Origin: Candidatus Cloacimonadales bacterium
Lineage (GTDB): Bacteria; Cloacimonadota; Cloacimonadia; Cloacimonadales; JAIOQZ01
Length of the DNA stretch: 64,000 nucleotides
NCBI GenBank assembly: GCA_963665815.1
Contig: OY762463.1
Span: 917,469-981,468, forward strand
Direction: 5' to 3'
Under the pieces are notes generated by a model that did not search any database, was not told where the DNA came from, and worked only from the letters and a program-made list of their open reading frames with translations. Shown here in pieces: positions 34,732-44,295 of this stretch (the stretch's first letter is position 1; each line of letters opens with the position of its first letter). The translations under genes were made by a program, and so were the position numbers.

Positions 34732-36639
34732 TTAAAACATTAGTTTAAGACTGAAAGTAGTACCTTTATCAACTTTGCTTTCTACTGTAATTTCACCGTT
34801 ATGAATATCAATAAAATCTTTAACAAGAATTAATCCCAGTCCCGAACCTTTCTCAAGATTTGTCCCTGAAGTTGTATATGGCTTGGATGTATCAAACAAG
34901 AAATGTAGTTTATCTTCTGGAATACCGAGTCCGCTATCTGCAATTTTTATGACCAGAAAATCATCTTTCGCTTCCCATCTGACATGCACTTCACTTTCAG
35001 GGTGACTAAATTTAAGAGCATTACTCATAAGATTCCTGAAAACTGTCTTCATCATATTCGCATCAACTTTGATTTCATAATCAGGTCCATTGAATACAAA
35101 GTCTACCCTTTTCTTTTCTGAAGAAGTCTTTATAAACGAAAAGGATTCCTGAACAAGTTTGTATATTGATACCGGTTCAGGAGAAAAAGTCAGTTTCCCG
35201 GTCTGGCTTCTCGCCCATTCGAGCAGGTTATTAAGAAGTTCTGTAACCCTGCTGCTAGCAGATTTAACTTTTCCAAATTTTTCCAGAAGTTCATCTCTTG
35301 AAATACTGTCTCTCGTCAATTCAATAAAGTCAGCAACCAGATTTATGTTATGTAAAGGGATTCTCAAGTCATGAGCAATGATAGACATGATTCTTGATTT
35401 AAGATCTATCGCTTCATTAAGTTCAATATTGAGCACTTCCAGTGTATGGTTCAGCTTTTCCAGTTCCCTGTTTTTGTTTCTGACAAGTTCGTTTTCTCTT
35501 TCTTTCTGATCAAGCTCAAATTCAGATCTCGACTGAGCAATTCTTTCACTGAGGGTTTCATTAAAAATCTCATCTTTCACATTGACCATCATGTGCGAAT
35601 ACTCAAGAGCTTTTTCAAAGTTCTTTCTCTCAGCTTCAAGATCCGATAATGATTTATAACAGTTTATCAATTGATCCTTTGCCCCAATTTCTCTAGAGAG
35701 ATTTACAACTATCTGAAAATATTCATTAGCTCTTTCCAGCATACCTTCCATAAGATAAGAGTCTCCAATATTAAGGGATGTTACAGTTTTCCCGTACATA
35801 TCACCTAATTTCTCTCTAAGTTCCAATGACTTATAGAGATATTCCCTGGCAAGTTCATAATTACCGGTAGCATTGTAAATAGCACCTATATTATTAGAAA
35901 TGACAGCAATACCCTTCACTTCATTTATTTCCTGTTTTAGTTCAAGAGACTCATTGTAGAAATTTATTGCAGTAGAATAATCTTTTCTCCTGTTATAGAT
36001 ATTACCTATATTGTTCAAAGCTATGGACAAACCTCTTTTATCACCTATTTCTCTTTTGATATCGATAGATTTTTGCAAGTATTCTTCGGCATCATTAAGT
36101 TTATCAAGTGCAAGATAGATTACAGCAATATTACTATATGTGGTTGATATTGTTTCCTTTTCGCCAAGCTCTTCTCTTATTCTCAAGCTTTTTTGTAGTG
36201 TTTCAAGAGCATCTGCAAACTTGCCCTGCCTTTTATTGAGCATACCCAGATTGTTAAGAAGACTTGAATAGTCCCTCTTGTTTTTTACAGGATCAATCAA
36301 AACAAGAGCTTTATTCATGTACTCCTGAGACCTCTTATAGTCTCCTGTCTGCAGGTAACTGTTTGATTTTAACTGATAAAGATTTCTCATGATGGAAGGG
36401 AATTCACCTTTATAATTCAGTAAAAGCCTTTCTGCTTCAGAAACAATTCTGATTGTATCGAGAAAATCAGATTTAACAGCAAGAGCCACTGCGTAATAAT
36501 AGTAGGCCGCAAATGTTTCTTTGACAGGTTTTGCCTTACTTTCATTGATAAAGTCTAAAGCAGCCTTGCCGTATACATCAGGCTTTTTCTCTTTAAAAGC
36601 TGTTCGCAGAATTTCAATCAATTCATTAGTATCTTGCAA
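34732..36639 (-). CDS. Cytoplasmic TPR-repeat sensor histidine kinase (orphan)
   Basis: About 7 TPR units, a coiled coil, H-box IIAHDLRIPLHNI, N-box FRNLMSNALKFS, G-boxes DSGLGI and GSGLGL. No TM segment and no adjacent response regulator. Confidence 0.85.
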   Translation of the reverse strand: MQDTNELIEILRTAFKEKKPDVYGKAALDFINESKAKPVKETFAAYYYYAVALAVKSDFLDTIRIVSEAERLLLNYKGEFPSIMRNLYQLKSNSYLQTGDYKRSQEYMNKALVLIDPVKNKRDYSSLLNNLGMLNKRQGKFADALETLQKSLRIREELGEKETISTTYSNIAVIYLALDKLNDAEEYLQKSIDIKREIGDKRGLSIALNNIGNIYNRRKDYSTAINFYNESLELKQEINEVKGIAVISNNIGAIYNATGNYELAREYLYKSLELREKLGDMYGKTVTSLNIGDSYLMEGMLERANEYFQIVVNLSREIGAKDQLINCYKSLSDLEAERKNFEKALEYSHMMVNVKDEIFNETLSERIAQSRSEFELDQKERENELVRNKNRELEKLNHTLEVLNIELNEAIDLKSRIMSIIAHDLRIPLHNINLVADFIELTRDSISRDELLEKFGKVKSASSRVTELLNNLLEWARSQTGKLTFSPEPVSIYKLVQESFSFIKTSSEKKRVDFVFNGPDYEIKVDANMMKTVFRNLMSNALKFSHPESEVHVRWEAKDDFLVIKIADSGLGIPEDKLHFLFDTSKPYTTSGTNLEKGSGLGLILVKDFIDIHNGEITVESKVDKGTTFSLKLMF

Positions 36640-36672
36640 TCTATCTTACTCCAACGTAAATATCATTCGGTA

Positions 36673-37665
36673 TTAAATAACTCCGATTGTTTTTCTCAAT
36701 TTTTGTATTTTACGATCCGCAATATTTCTTGCTTTTTCAGATCCTTCTTTTAACACTCTGTCTATATAGGCTGTATCGGCCATCAGATCATTGTACTTCT
36801 CTCTGATCGGAGTCAGCACGGAATTCAGTTTTTCGAACAGAATCTGCTTCGCAGTCCCCCAGCCCATTCCACCTGCTCTGTATTGCTCCGCAAGAGCTTT
36901 CTGTTCCTCTTCAGTTGCAAAAAGTTTGTATAAGGTAAACACATTACAGTTCTCGGGATCTTTAGGTTCATCAACAGTCTGTGAATTAGTAACTATTTTC
37001 ATTATTGTTTTTCTAAGCTTCTTTTCTGTCAAGAACATTGGTATTGTGTTGCTGTAACTTTTACTCATTTTCCGGCCGTCCAATCCTGTAACAGTCATTG
37101 AGTTCTCTCTGAGTAAAGGCTGAGGAAGTTTGAATACCTGTTTTCCGTAATTATGATTTATAGTCTGGGCTATATCATTTGTCATTTCCACATGCTGAAG
37201 CTGATCTTTTCCCACCGGGATTATATCGGCATCAAATAACAGAATATCGGCTGCCATAAGAACTGGATAAGTAAACAACCCAATATTTACACCATCATCA
37301 ATGTCTTTGTTCATTTCTTTATTATTGGCAATCATAGCTTTGTACGCATGAGCCCTGTTCATCAGTCCTTTAGGTGTGAAAGCTGCGAGTAATGTAGCCA
37401 GTTCAAATGTTTCGGGCACGTGAGACTGTTTATAAAATACAACTTTTTCAGTATCTAATCCACAGGCAAGCCAGGCAGCAGCGATCTCAAGACTCATCTT
37501 TCTGAGTTCTTTAGGATCTCTCATTGAATTCAGTGCATGATAATCTGCAATGAAATAAAAACTTTTGTACTGCTCAGATAATTCCAGACCCGGTTTTATT
37601 GCTCCGAGATAATTTCCGATATGCGGATCACCGGTCGGCTTTATTCCTGTTAAAGATACTTTCAT
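36673..37665 (-). CDS. trpS: Tryptophan--tRNA ligase
   Basis: HIGH-type motif TGDPHIGNY and KMSKS motif GRKMSKS. Start moved to ATG 37665 (GGAGA 5 nt upstream). The 33-codon upstream extension in the track has no support. Confidence 0.9.
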   Translation of the reverse strand: MKVSLTGIKPTGDPHIGNYLGAIKPGLELSEQYKSFYFIADYHALNSMRDPKELRKMSLEIAAAWLACGLDTEKVVFYKQSHVPETFELATLLAAFTPKGLMNRAHAYKAMIANNKEMNKDIDDGVNIGLFTYPVLMAADILLFDADIIPVGKDQLQHVEMTNDIAQTINHNYGKQVFKLPQPLLRENSMTVTGLDGRKMSKSYSNTIPMFLTEKKLRKTIMKIVTNSQTVDEPKDPENCNVFTLYKLFATEEEQKALAEQYRAGGMGWGTAKQILFEKLNSVLTPIREKYNDLMADTAYIDRVLKEGSEKARNIADRKIQKLRKTIGVI

Positions 37666-37914
37666 TAGATTCTCCAAATTATTTTTTGAGAACTTGCATA
37701 AATCAATAGTGCACACCCTATATTTCTCTCTATATATACGAGTAAATGAAGTTTTCTGTATCAAGGTTACATCTAAAATTCATTAATTTAAAAGAACTTT
37801 CAGGAGTAGTCAGAATTTTTTCATAAAACCTCTTATGCCGCAACCGACTGTTCCTGCATTTATGCAAAGTTCTCTTTTGTAAAAAAAAATTCCCTGACAT
37901 TTTTAGTCAATGAT

Positions 37915-37944
37915 TTCTCACTTGAAAAAAGTACTTGCTATAAA
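37915..37944 (+). promoter_or_regulatory. Candidate extended -10 promoter of iorAB
   Basis: TGc-TATAAA at 37936-37944, with a weak -35 TTCTCA at 37915-37920 (18-nt spacer). Confidence 0.3.
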
Positions 37945-37994
37945 TCAGTTACGAAAAATATTAGGGAAAAACAATAAAATTGAAGGAGATAAAC

Positions 37995-39593
37995 ATGCAA
38001 AAACTGCTTTTGTTAGGCGATGAAGCTTTTGCGCAGGGAACTCTTGATGCTGGTTTATCTGGATTCTACGGTTATCCGGGAACTCCATCAACCGAGATCG
38101 GTGAGTATATTCAGCATTCTAAGCAGGCAAAGGAAAGAAACGTACACAGAACCTGGTCTGCAAATGAAAAAACAGCTATGGAAGCTGCTATCGGTATGTC
38201 TTATGCCGGTAAAAGAGCTATTGTAACCATGAAACACGTTGGACTTAATGTAGCGGCTGATCCTTACATGAATTCAGCTCTTACCGGAGCTAATGGAGGA
38301 TTAATCGTTGCTGTTGCAGACGATCCATCTATGCACTCTTCCCAAAACGAACAGGATTCAAGATTTTACGGCAAGTTCGCATTACTACCTTATTTTGAGC
38401 CGGCAAATCAGCAGGAAGCCTATGACATGGCAAGACATGGTTTCGAACTTTCTGAGAAATATAACATTCCTGTACTCTTCCGTCTCACAACAAGATTAGC
38501 TCACTCCAGAGCCGGTGTTAAGAGAATTGAAGAAATTGCTGAAAATGAAATGCATCTTCCTGAAAACAGAAGACAATTCATGCTCTTACCAGCTATAGCA
38601 AGACAGAAATATAAAAGACATCTTAAAATACAGGACGATCTTGTAACTGAGTCAGAAAACTCTCCATTCAATTCTTATCGTGATGGTGAAGATAAAAAAC
38701 TCGGTGTTATTGCCTGTGGATTAGCATACAATTATCTTATGGAAAACGTTGATGAAAACTTCAACCACCCAATCCTTAAAGTTTGTCAATACCCATTACC
38801 TAAAAAATATGTAGAAAAGATTTCTGCAGAATGTGACGAAGTTTTAGTACTTGAAGAAGGTATGCCGCTCGTAGAAGAAATGCTGAAAGGTTATTTCGGA
38901 GCCGGAACAAGGATTACAGGTAGATTAAGCGGAGCTATACCACGTGATGGTGAATTAAATCCTGCAATCGTCAGAAAAGGACTTGGACTTCCTGAATATG
39001 ATAACAACCCTATGCCTGAACTCGTTACAGGCAGACCACCTGCACTTTGTGTTGGCTGTCCTCATATCGACTCTTATGTTGCCCTTAATGAAGCTCTTGA
39101 ACCATACGGTAAAGGTCATGTATTCTCAGATATTGGTTGTTACACACTCGGTTATCAACCACCTTACGATGCAATTGATTCATGTGTTGATATGGGTGCT
39201 TCAGTTACTATGGCTATCGGTGCTGCAGATGCAGGTTTATTCCCATCTGTTGCTGCAATCGGTGATTCAACTTTCGGTCACTCAGGTATTACCGGTCTCC
39301 TTGATGCAGTTGAAAAGAATGCAAATGTTGTAATCCTTATTCTGGATAATGACACTACTGCAATGACAGGTATGCAAGACTCGGCAGTTACAGGAAAACT
39401 TGAAAAAATCTGCCTTGGTCTCGGAGTAGAAGAAGAACACCTCAGAGTAATTACTCCTCTTAAAAACAAACACGACGAAAACGTAAAAGTGTTTACCGAA
39501 GAATTCAATTACAATGGTGTTTCAGTTGTTATTGCAAGAAGACCTTGTATTCATGTATTTGCTAAAAGAAAGCGTGCCGGAGGTAACAAATGA
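37995..39593 (+). CDS. iorA: Indolepyruvate:ferredoxin oxidoreductase alpha subunit
   Basis: LLGDEAFAQGTLDAGLSGFYGYPGTPSTEI, TPP-domain CVGCPH, GDSTFGHSG. ATG 37995 with AAGGAG 6 nt upstream. Confidence 0.85.
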   Translation: MQKLLLLGDEAFAQGTLDAGLSGFYGYPGTPSTEIGEYIQHSKQAKERNVHRTWSANEKTAMEAAIGMSYAGKRAIVTMKHVGLNVAADPYMNSALTGANGGLIVAVADDPSMHSSQNEQDSRFYGKFALLPYFEPANQQEAYDMARHGFELSEKYNIPVLFRLTTRLAHSRAGVKRIEEIAENEMHLPENRRQFMLLPAIARQKYKRHLKIQDDLVTESENSPFNSYRDGEDKKLGVIACGLAYNYLMENVDENFNHPILKVCQYPLPKKYVEKISAECDEVLVLEEGMPLVEEMLKGYFGAGTRITGRLSGAIPRDGELNPAIVRKGLGLPEYDNNPMPELVTGRPPALCVGCPHIDSYVALNEALEPYGKGHVFSDIGCYTLGYQPPYDAIDSCVDMGASVTMAIGAADAGLFPSVAAIGDSTFGHSGITGLLDAVEKNANVVILILDNDTTAMTGMQDSAVTGKLEKICLGLGVEEEHLRVITPLKNKHDENVKVFTEEFNYNGVSVVIARRPCIHVFAKRKRAGGNK

Positions 39594-40159
39594 AAATAGA
39601 TATAATTTTAGCCGGAGTCGGTGGACAGGGAATCCTCTCTATCGCTGCAATCATTGGTTATGCTGCTGTTGAATCCGGACTGCACCTGAAGCAGGCTGAA
39701 GTTCATGGTATGAGCCAGCGAGGAGGAGACGTTCAATCTCACCTCAGAATCTCCGATACAGAAGTATTCTCAGATCTCGTTCCATTAGGTCAGGCAGATA
39801 TGATTCTCTCCGTTGAACCTATGGAAGCCCTCAGATATATGCCTTATCTTGCTACAAACGGCTGGATTGTTACCAACACAACACCTGTACTTAACATTCC
39901 TAATTACCCGGAAGTTGACTCTGTACTTGGTGAAGTTAAAAATGTTAAAAATCATGTTGCTTTCGATGCAGACTCACTCGCAGCAGAACTTGGATCAAAA
40001 AGATCCATGAACATGGTTATCCTTGGTGCTGCCAGTAAACATATAGACATCCCTGTTGAAAAATTCGAAGAAGGAATCAAATTCCTCTTTGGACGTAAAG
40101 GTGATGAAGTTGTTGAATCTAACATCAAGGCATTCCATGCAGGAAGAGAAAAAGCATAA
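39590..40159 (+). CDS. iorB: Indolepyruvate:ferredoxin oxidoreductase beta subunit
   Basis: ILAGVGGQGILSIAAIIG...EVHGMSQRGG. 4-nt overlap with iorA. Confidence 0.85.
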   Translation: MKIDIILAGVGGQGILSIAAIIGYAAVESGLHLKQAEVHGMSQRGGDVQSHLRISDTEVFSDLVPLGQADMILSVEPMEALRYMPYLATNGWIVTNTTPVLNIPNYPEVDSVLGEVKNVKNHVAFDADSLAAELGSKRSMNMVILGAASKHIDIPVEKFEEGIKFLFGRKGDEVVESNIKAFHAGREKA

Positions 40160-40184
40160 TCGTTAATTCGTATTATATATCAAG

Positions 40185-40212
40185 GAACCCGATTTGATCG
40201 GGTTCTTTTTTT
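40185..40212 (+). terminator. Rho-independent terminator of iorAB
   Basis: Stem gaacccgat / atcgggttc with loop ttg, then a T7 run. Confidence 0.8.
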
Positions 40213-40463
40213 ATGTAGACTATAGAGAAAACACAAATATTTTGCTTTACAGGTCTTGATTGCACAGACATTGCTCATCACTTCAGCTATATGAACTATT
40301 TTTTCCTTATAACCCAATAATGTATTTAACTAATATTCAATCTTCTGCAACAAGAATTGTCTTGACAAATTGGATAACGGATAACTCTTTTTGAAAATAA
40401 TCTCTAATGAATCTCATTCCTGAATCATGTTGAAATTTCAAATGCAAATATAGAGGAGAAAAA

Positions 40464-41144
40464 ATGAAGATAATCAAAATATTATTTCTATTAATAATTA
40501 TTTCTCTTATTATCGGCTGTGCTTCGATGGTTCCTTATTCCATTCCAAAAGAGAATTGTTTTTATTATGAAGATTTTCGTAGCACACAGGAAGGAACACT
40601 TCCCCAAAACTGGATAGGTGGTTCTACGCTTGCTGTAAACTCATCAAATCGCTTAACTCCCTTCAAAGAAGCTGATTGGAAAACAGGACATCAAGTAACA
40701 GTTGATAACATCGAATTTCCAGATAACTTTGTATTTGAATTCGATATTGCATCATATAAAACCAAAACTAATATATTTAACAAAGGTATGAACTTCTCTA
40801 TAGGAAATCTATCTCTCAGCATTTCTTCAAGAGGAGTATATTTCGGAGAAAGCAAGTTAAATACAAAACATGGTATTCATAAATTTTATGTCATACCGGA
40901 AGATAATAGTGGTAATGTTCTTTATTGGGACACAAACTTCCAGGGAGCTATTTACATGAGAAACATGAAAATCAGAATAGAAAGAAAAGCTCAGGTCTTC
41001 ACACTATATATATATGGCAAAAAATGCAAAGTAATACGAAAAGATGATTTCTCCGGCTCAACATTCTCTATTAACTCATTTGTTGATTTTTCAATACGTA
41101 AAATATATGGTTATGACCCAGGTGAAGTAGGTACCAATGAATAA
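40464..41144 (+). CDS. Hypothetical lipoprotein with a beta-rich domain shared with the next gene
   Basis: Lipobox LIIGC-A. YYEDFRSTQEGTLPQNWIGGSTLAV is paralogous to FEDFSSTEEGMLPGNWIGGSTLMV in the neighbour. Confidence 0.6.
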   Translation: MKIIKILFLLIIISLIIGCASMVPYSIPKENCFYYEDFRSTQEGTLPQNWIGGSTLAVNSSNRLTPFKEADWKTGHQVTVDNIEFPDNFVFEFDIASYKTKTNIFNKGMNFSIGNLSLSISSRGVYFGESKLNTKHGIHKFYVIPEDNSGNVLYWDTNFQGAIYMRNMKIRIERKAQVFTLYIYGKKCKVIRKDDFSGSTFSINSFVDFSIRKIYGYDPGEVGTNE

Positions 41145-42183
41145 AATAATAATCGCAGTATTAATTTTCATCACCATTTCATGCTCAACGCAGCAGATTT
41201 CAGCAAATGTGAGTCAAAATGAATCGAACAACACTTTTAGTTACAATATTAACGTTATAGCCAATCAACTCATTGATGGACTGAATAATGGTGGATATAA
41301 AAGAATTGCTATCCTTACATTCTATGATATTGATAATAATCAGACTAACCTGAGTAAATTGTTGGTTGAAGAGTTAACAACTAAGCTATTCATGACAAAG
41401 AAATTTGTTTTAATTGAAAGAAATTTAATAAATTCCTTACTTGAAGAACAGAGTATGAATTTAAGCGGAAATATTGATGAAGAAACTTCTGTAAGTATTG
41501 GGAAAATTTTGGGTGTTGAAGCTGTTGTAGTTGGAACAACAATTTTATTAAATGATGGGATCAAAGTTAATGCAAGATTGATTTCAGCAGAAACAGGTGA
41601 GTTAATATCTGTGGCATCATCAAGTTTACCAAAGAATAACCAGCTAACCACAATGTTAAGCACCATTACTAACAAATCTACAGTCTCTTCCATATCCCAC
41701 AATTCCACAATTAAATCCGGTTCCAGTAATAGTGATTTTTATTTCGAAGACTTTTCATCAACTGAAGAGGGAATGCTTCCAGGTAATTGGATAGGTGGTT
41801 CAACATTGATGGTAAAGAAAGTTAATGCAAAATCAGTTTTATCAACTTTCAAAGGTAAAAAGCATAATTTTACTATACCGGAAGTTAATTTCCCTGAAAA
41901 TTTCAAGCTTTCATTTTACTTAAAGAATAATGATAATGATTTAAAGATAACGGTAGGTAACTTAAGTTTTGGTGTGAGTCAGCTAAACGGAAATAAATTC
42001 CATTCCTCACAAAGTAATGAACTTTTTATATTAGAATTAGTAAAAGACAAATCAATATTCAAGGTTTTCATCAATGGTAAAGAAAAGAAAATGATAAGAT
42101 TCTCTGAATTCAAACATGATAATACAATTGAGTTTAAGTCATCAAATTGCTATATTGATAAAATTGTTGGGAAATACTTATAA
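41137..42183 (+). CDS. Lipoprotein: CsgG/FlgO/LpoB-like N-domain + shared C-terminal domain
   Basis: Lipobox ITISC-S. KRIAILTFYDIDNN...LVEELTTKLF...FVLIERNLINSLLEEQSMNLSGNID...IGKILGVEAVVVGT is the typical FlgO/CsgG-like pattern. 8-nt overlap with the upstream gene. Confidence 0.6.
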   Translation: MNKIIIAVLIFITISCSTQQISANVSQNESNNTFSYNINVIANQLIDGLNNGGYKRIAILTFYDIDNNQTNLSKLLVEELTTKLFMTKKFVLIERNLINSLLEEQSMNLSGNIDEETSVSIGKILGVEAVVVGTTILLNDGIKVNARLISAETGELISVASSSLPKNNQLTTMLSTITNKSTVSSISHNSTIKSGSSNSDFYFEDFSSTEEGMLPGNWIGGSTLMVKKVNAKSVLSTFKGKKHNFTIPEVNFPENFKLSFYLKNNDNDLKITVGNLSFGVSQLNGNKFHSSQSNELFILELVKDKSIFKVFINGKEKKMIRFSEFKHDNTIEFKSSNCYIDKIVGKYL

Positions 42184-42207
42184 ATATAATGTTTTAAATT
42201 TCAAGCA

Positions 42208-42236
42208 GGAACCTGATAATGTCGGGTTTCTTTTTT
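42208..42236 (+). terminator. Probable rho-independent terminator of the lipoprotein pair
   Basis: 8-bp stem (ggaacctg / cgggtttc, two G-U pairs), 7-nt loop, T6 run at 42231-42236. Confidence 0.5.
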
Positions 42237-42438
42237 GATGATACAAATGTCACACCATTGCCAAAGGTTCTCAACCATTGGAAAGGTGTCCAAGAGAGCA
42301 ATCCTGCTTTCAGTGTCATTTCGTTTTTTTCCGTTGTTTAATTGTCATGAGTCAACCGTCCGGTTGCCTCTACGCGTCAGGCAGATCAGCACAAGCCAGT
42401 GCAGAATAGTAAATCCTACAGGGCGATGAAAGCCTTAA

Positions 42439-43644
42439 TCACTTCATCAATACAATCTTGCGTGTTTCCACCTGTTGACCGGATACCAGTCTGAGAAAAT
42501 AAACACCGGATGAAACATCCTTACCGGAATCAGTCTCACCATTCCAGATTGTGCTGTGAGATCCGGCAGAAACCTGAGCGTCTACCAGAGTCTTTACTTT
42601 TTGTCCTTTGAGATTATAAATCTCAAGACATACTTCTCCGGGATTGTTCAGACTGTATTGTATGGTTGTTTCAGGATTGAATGGGTTCGGGTAGTTGGTC
42701 AGTAAAAATACAGGTGCTGGTGCATTTTCAGTTACAACGGTTACTGCCACATATGTAAAAACATCCCTGAAGGATTCAAGCCACAGTCCTCCAGAATAAA
42801 TTTCAGAATCAAGCCGCACAAGTCGCATTTCGTTATCATAGCTATATCTATATCTCATTTCAGGAGTCCACAAACTGTCCTGCCAGACATAATAATTACA
42901 TACTGACGGTAAATCTCCATTTAGTTGATATTCAAGCTTTGATCTGTTGTATAATATTGTGTCATCATTTATATCATAATTCTGCTTAAGTCTTTCGGTA
43001 ATTGCAGTACCATTGTGAGTAATTGTATAAAGTGTGCTACTTATCCATGTTCCACTGAAGTACTTTCTACATATTCCAATTGTGTTTGCTGAATATGTCA
43101 GTTCGTATTTTGTGTAGTTTTCCCACTGCCCGGCATTTTTTATTTCATGTAGAACCTCTGTAATTCTATCCTGATCGTAAGTAAAGATTCTTCTTTCTGT
43201 ATCAAACCAGCTTGGATCCTGAAAGTTCTGTTTAGTTATCCGTGTCAGATTACCATTTGAATCATGAGCTAAAATGTATCTGCATTGCAAAACACTACTC
43301 AAATCATCAATCACATAGTTATATAATTCATCAATATTACCATTACTCCACACTACACCATAAATTTTTTGAGAGCCAATTATGTTTGGATATGCTCCTG
43401 AGACCGAGTCTATTTTCCCATTTGAGTAATACATGTTTACATCTGTAAAGATTGAATCATTAGAATCTAAAAGTGTCCACGAGCTAACAGCCTTTTCATT
43501 CCAGTTAAAAACATCAACATAATGACCTTCACCGACATAACCCATGATCGTTTTGTAAAAAGCCTGTCTTTCACTGTTTTGAGAAAATAAGCTTCCAACA
43601 GGCACAAGCAATAAAACTACAAGGAAAAAGTTAAATCTTTTCAT
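42439..43644 (-). CDS. Secreted T9SS cargo with degenerate YD-like repeats
   Basis: ATG 43644 (GGAGG 5 nt upstream) preferred over 43656. Signal peptide. FTYDQDRITEV and RYSYDNEMRLVRLD repeats. CTD: NYPNPFNPETTIQYSL...SGVYFLRL. Confidence 0.75.
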   Translation of the reverse strand: MKRFNFFLVVLLLVPVGSLFSQNSERQAFYKTIMGYVGEGHYVDVFNWNEKAVSSWTLLDSNDSIFTDVNMYYSNGKIDSVSGAYPNIIGSQKIYGVVWSNGNIDELYNYVIDDLSSVLQCRYILAHDSNGNLTRITKQNFQDPSWFDTERRIFTYDQDRITEVLHEIKNAGQWENYTKYELTYSANTIGICRKYFSGTWISSTLYTITHNGTAITERLKQNYDINDDTILYNRSKLEYQLNGDLPSVCNYYVWQDSLWTPEMRYRYSYDNEMRLVRLDSEIYSGGLWLESFRDVFTYVAVTVVTENAPAPVFLLTNYPNPFNPETTIQYSLNNPGEVCLEIYNLKGQKVKTLVDAQVSAGSHSTIWNGETDSGKDVSSGVYFLRLVSGQQVETRKIVLMK

Positions 43645-43665
43645 AATTTCCTCCATTTATCCAAG

Positions 43666-43693
43666 ATCGTAGCTTATCTTATATTATTGTCAA
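43666..43693 (-). promoter_or_regulatory. Candidate sigma-70 promoter (TTGACA-16-TACGAT)
   Basis: The minus strand has TTGACA (43693-43688), a 16-nt spacer and TACGAT (43671-43666). Confidence 0.4.
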
Positions 43694-43835
43694 GCAATCT
43701 TTTATTGCATTAAATTGAGATTTTATATAAAAATGGTCGCAACTTAGTAAACTTCATAAGTCTCTTGAGGCAGAATAGGTATTCTTACAAAAGGTCGTTT
43801 GTCTCCAGAGGAGAATCCTTAAATCAGGTTAGAAC

Positions 43836-43865
43836 AAAAAAGGCTGTCAGAATACTAACAGCCTT
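43836..43865 (-). terminator. Rho-independent terminator of the XRE gene
   Basis: Stem aaggctgt (43840-43847) / acagcctt (43858-43865). The plus-strand A-run at 43836-43840 gives a T-run on the minus strand. Confidence 0.65.
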
Positions 43866-43908
43866 TGTTCAAATCTTGTACAAAGCAAGTCTTAACAGTA
43901 GTCACACC

Positions 43909-44238
43909 TTAACGATTACGTCTTAATTCATCAATAAGAATATCCTGCAGTTTGATAATTTTATCTTTTTCTGCAATTATTGCATCCTTGTTATCGATGA
44001 TTCTTTCATAGAACTTTGTCTTTTCGTCATCAAGTTCCTCAACAGGTGATTTGTAAAAATAAGACTCTTCAACGTCAAAGAATTCGGCAAGTTTCTGAGC
44101 ATTTCTTTTGCTGATTTTACTTCCGTTTTCATAAGCTGACAGAGTAGGTCTGGATATTTGAACTTCACTGCTTAATGCATGTTGAGAAAGACCACTTTTA
44201 ATCCTGAGTACGCGTAAACGATCACCTGAACCTCTCAT
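43909..44238 (-). CDS. XRE-family helix-turn-helix transcriptional regulator
   Basis: LRVLRIKSGLSQHALSSEVQISRPTLSAYENGSKISKRNAQKLAEFFDV, followed by a coiled-coil tail. Confidence 0.8.
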   Translation of the reverse strand: MRGSGDRLRVLRIKSGLSQHALSSEVQISRPTLSAYENGSKISKRNAQKLAEFFDVEESYFYKSPVEELDDEKTKFYERIIDNKDAIIAEKDKIIKLQDILIDELRRNR

Positions 44239-44265
44239 AATATCTCCATTAGTTTAATATTGGGT

Positions 44266-44295
44266 TAAATATGAAGGGACATGACAAATTGTCAA
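44266..44295 (-). promoter_or_regulatory. Candidate XRE promoter (TTGACA-18-TATTTA)
   Basis: The minus strand has TTGACA (44295-44290), an 18-nt spacer and TATTTA (44271-44266). Confidence 0.4.
44282..44294. promoter_or_regulatory. Perfect palindrome TGACAA-a-TTGTCA overlapping the -35 (candidate autoregulatory operator)
   Basis: tgacaa (44282-44287), a, ttgtca (44289-44294). A third ttgtca half-site lies at 44308-44313. Confidence 0.35.

Noticed and set aside
37666-37764. 33-codon N-terminal extension of trpS in the ORF track
   Set aside because: The extension lacks similarity to TrpRS. The internal ATG 37665 has a GGAGA RBS and places the HIGH motif at the usual distance from the N-terminus.
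42237-42438. Less AT-rich 200-bp spacer with the track ORF 42235-42429 and a ccattgg palindrome; considered as an ncRNA or small gene
   Set aside because: The ORF has no RBS and starts inside the terminator T-run. I cannot recognise any RNA family, and there is only one copy in the window. The sequence alone cannot support it.
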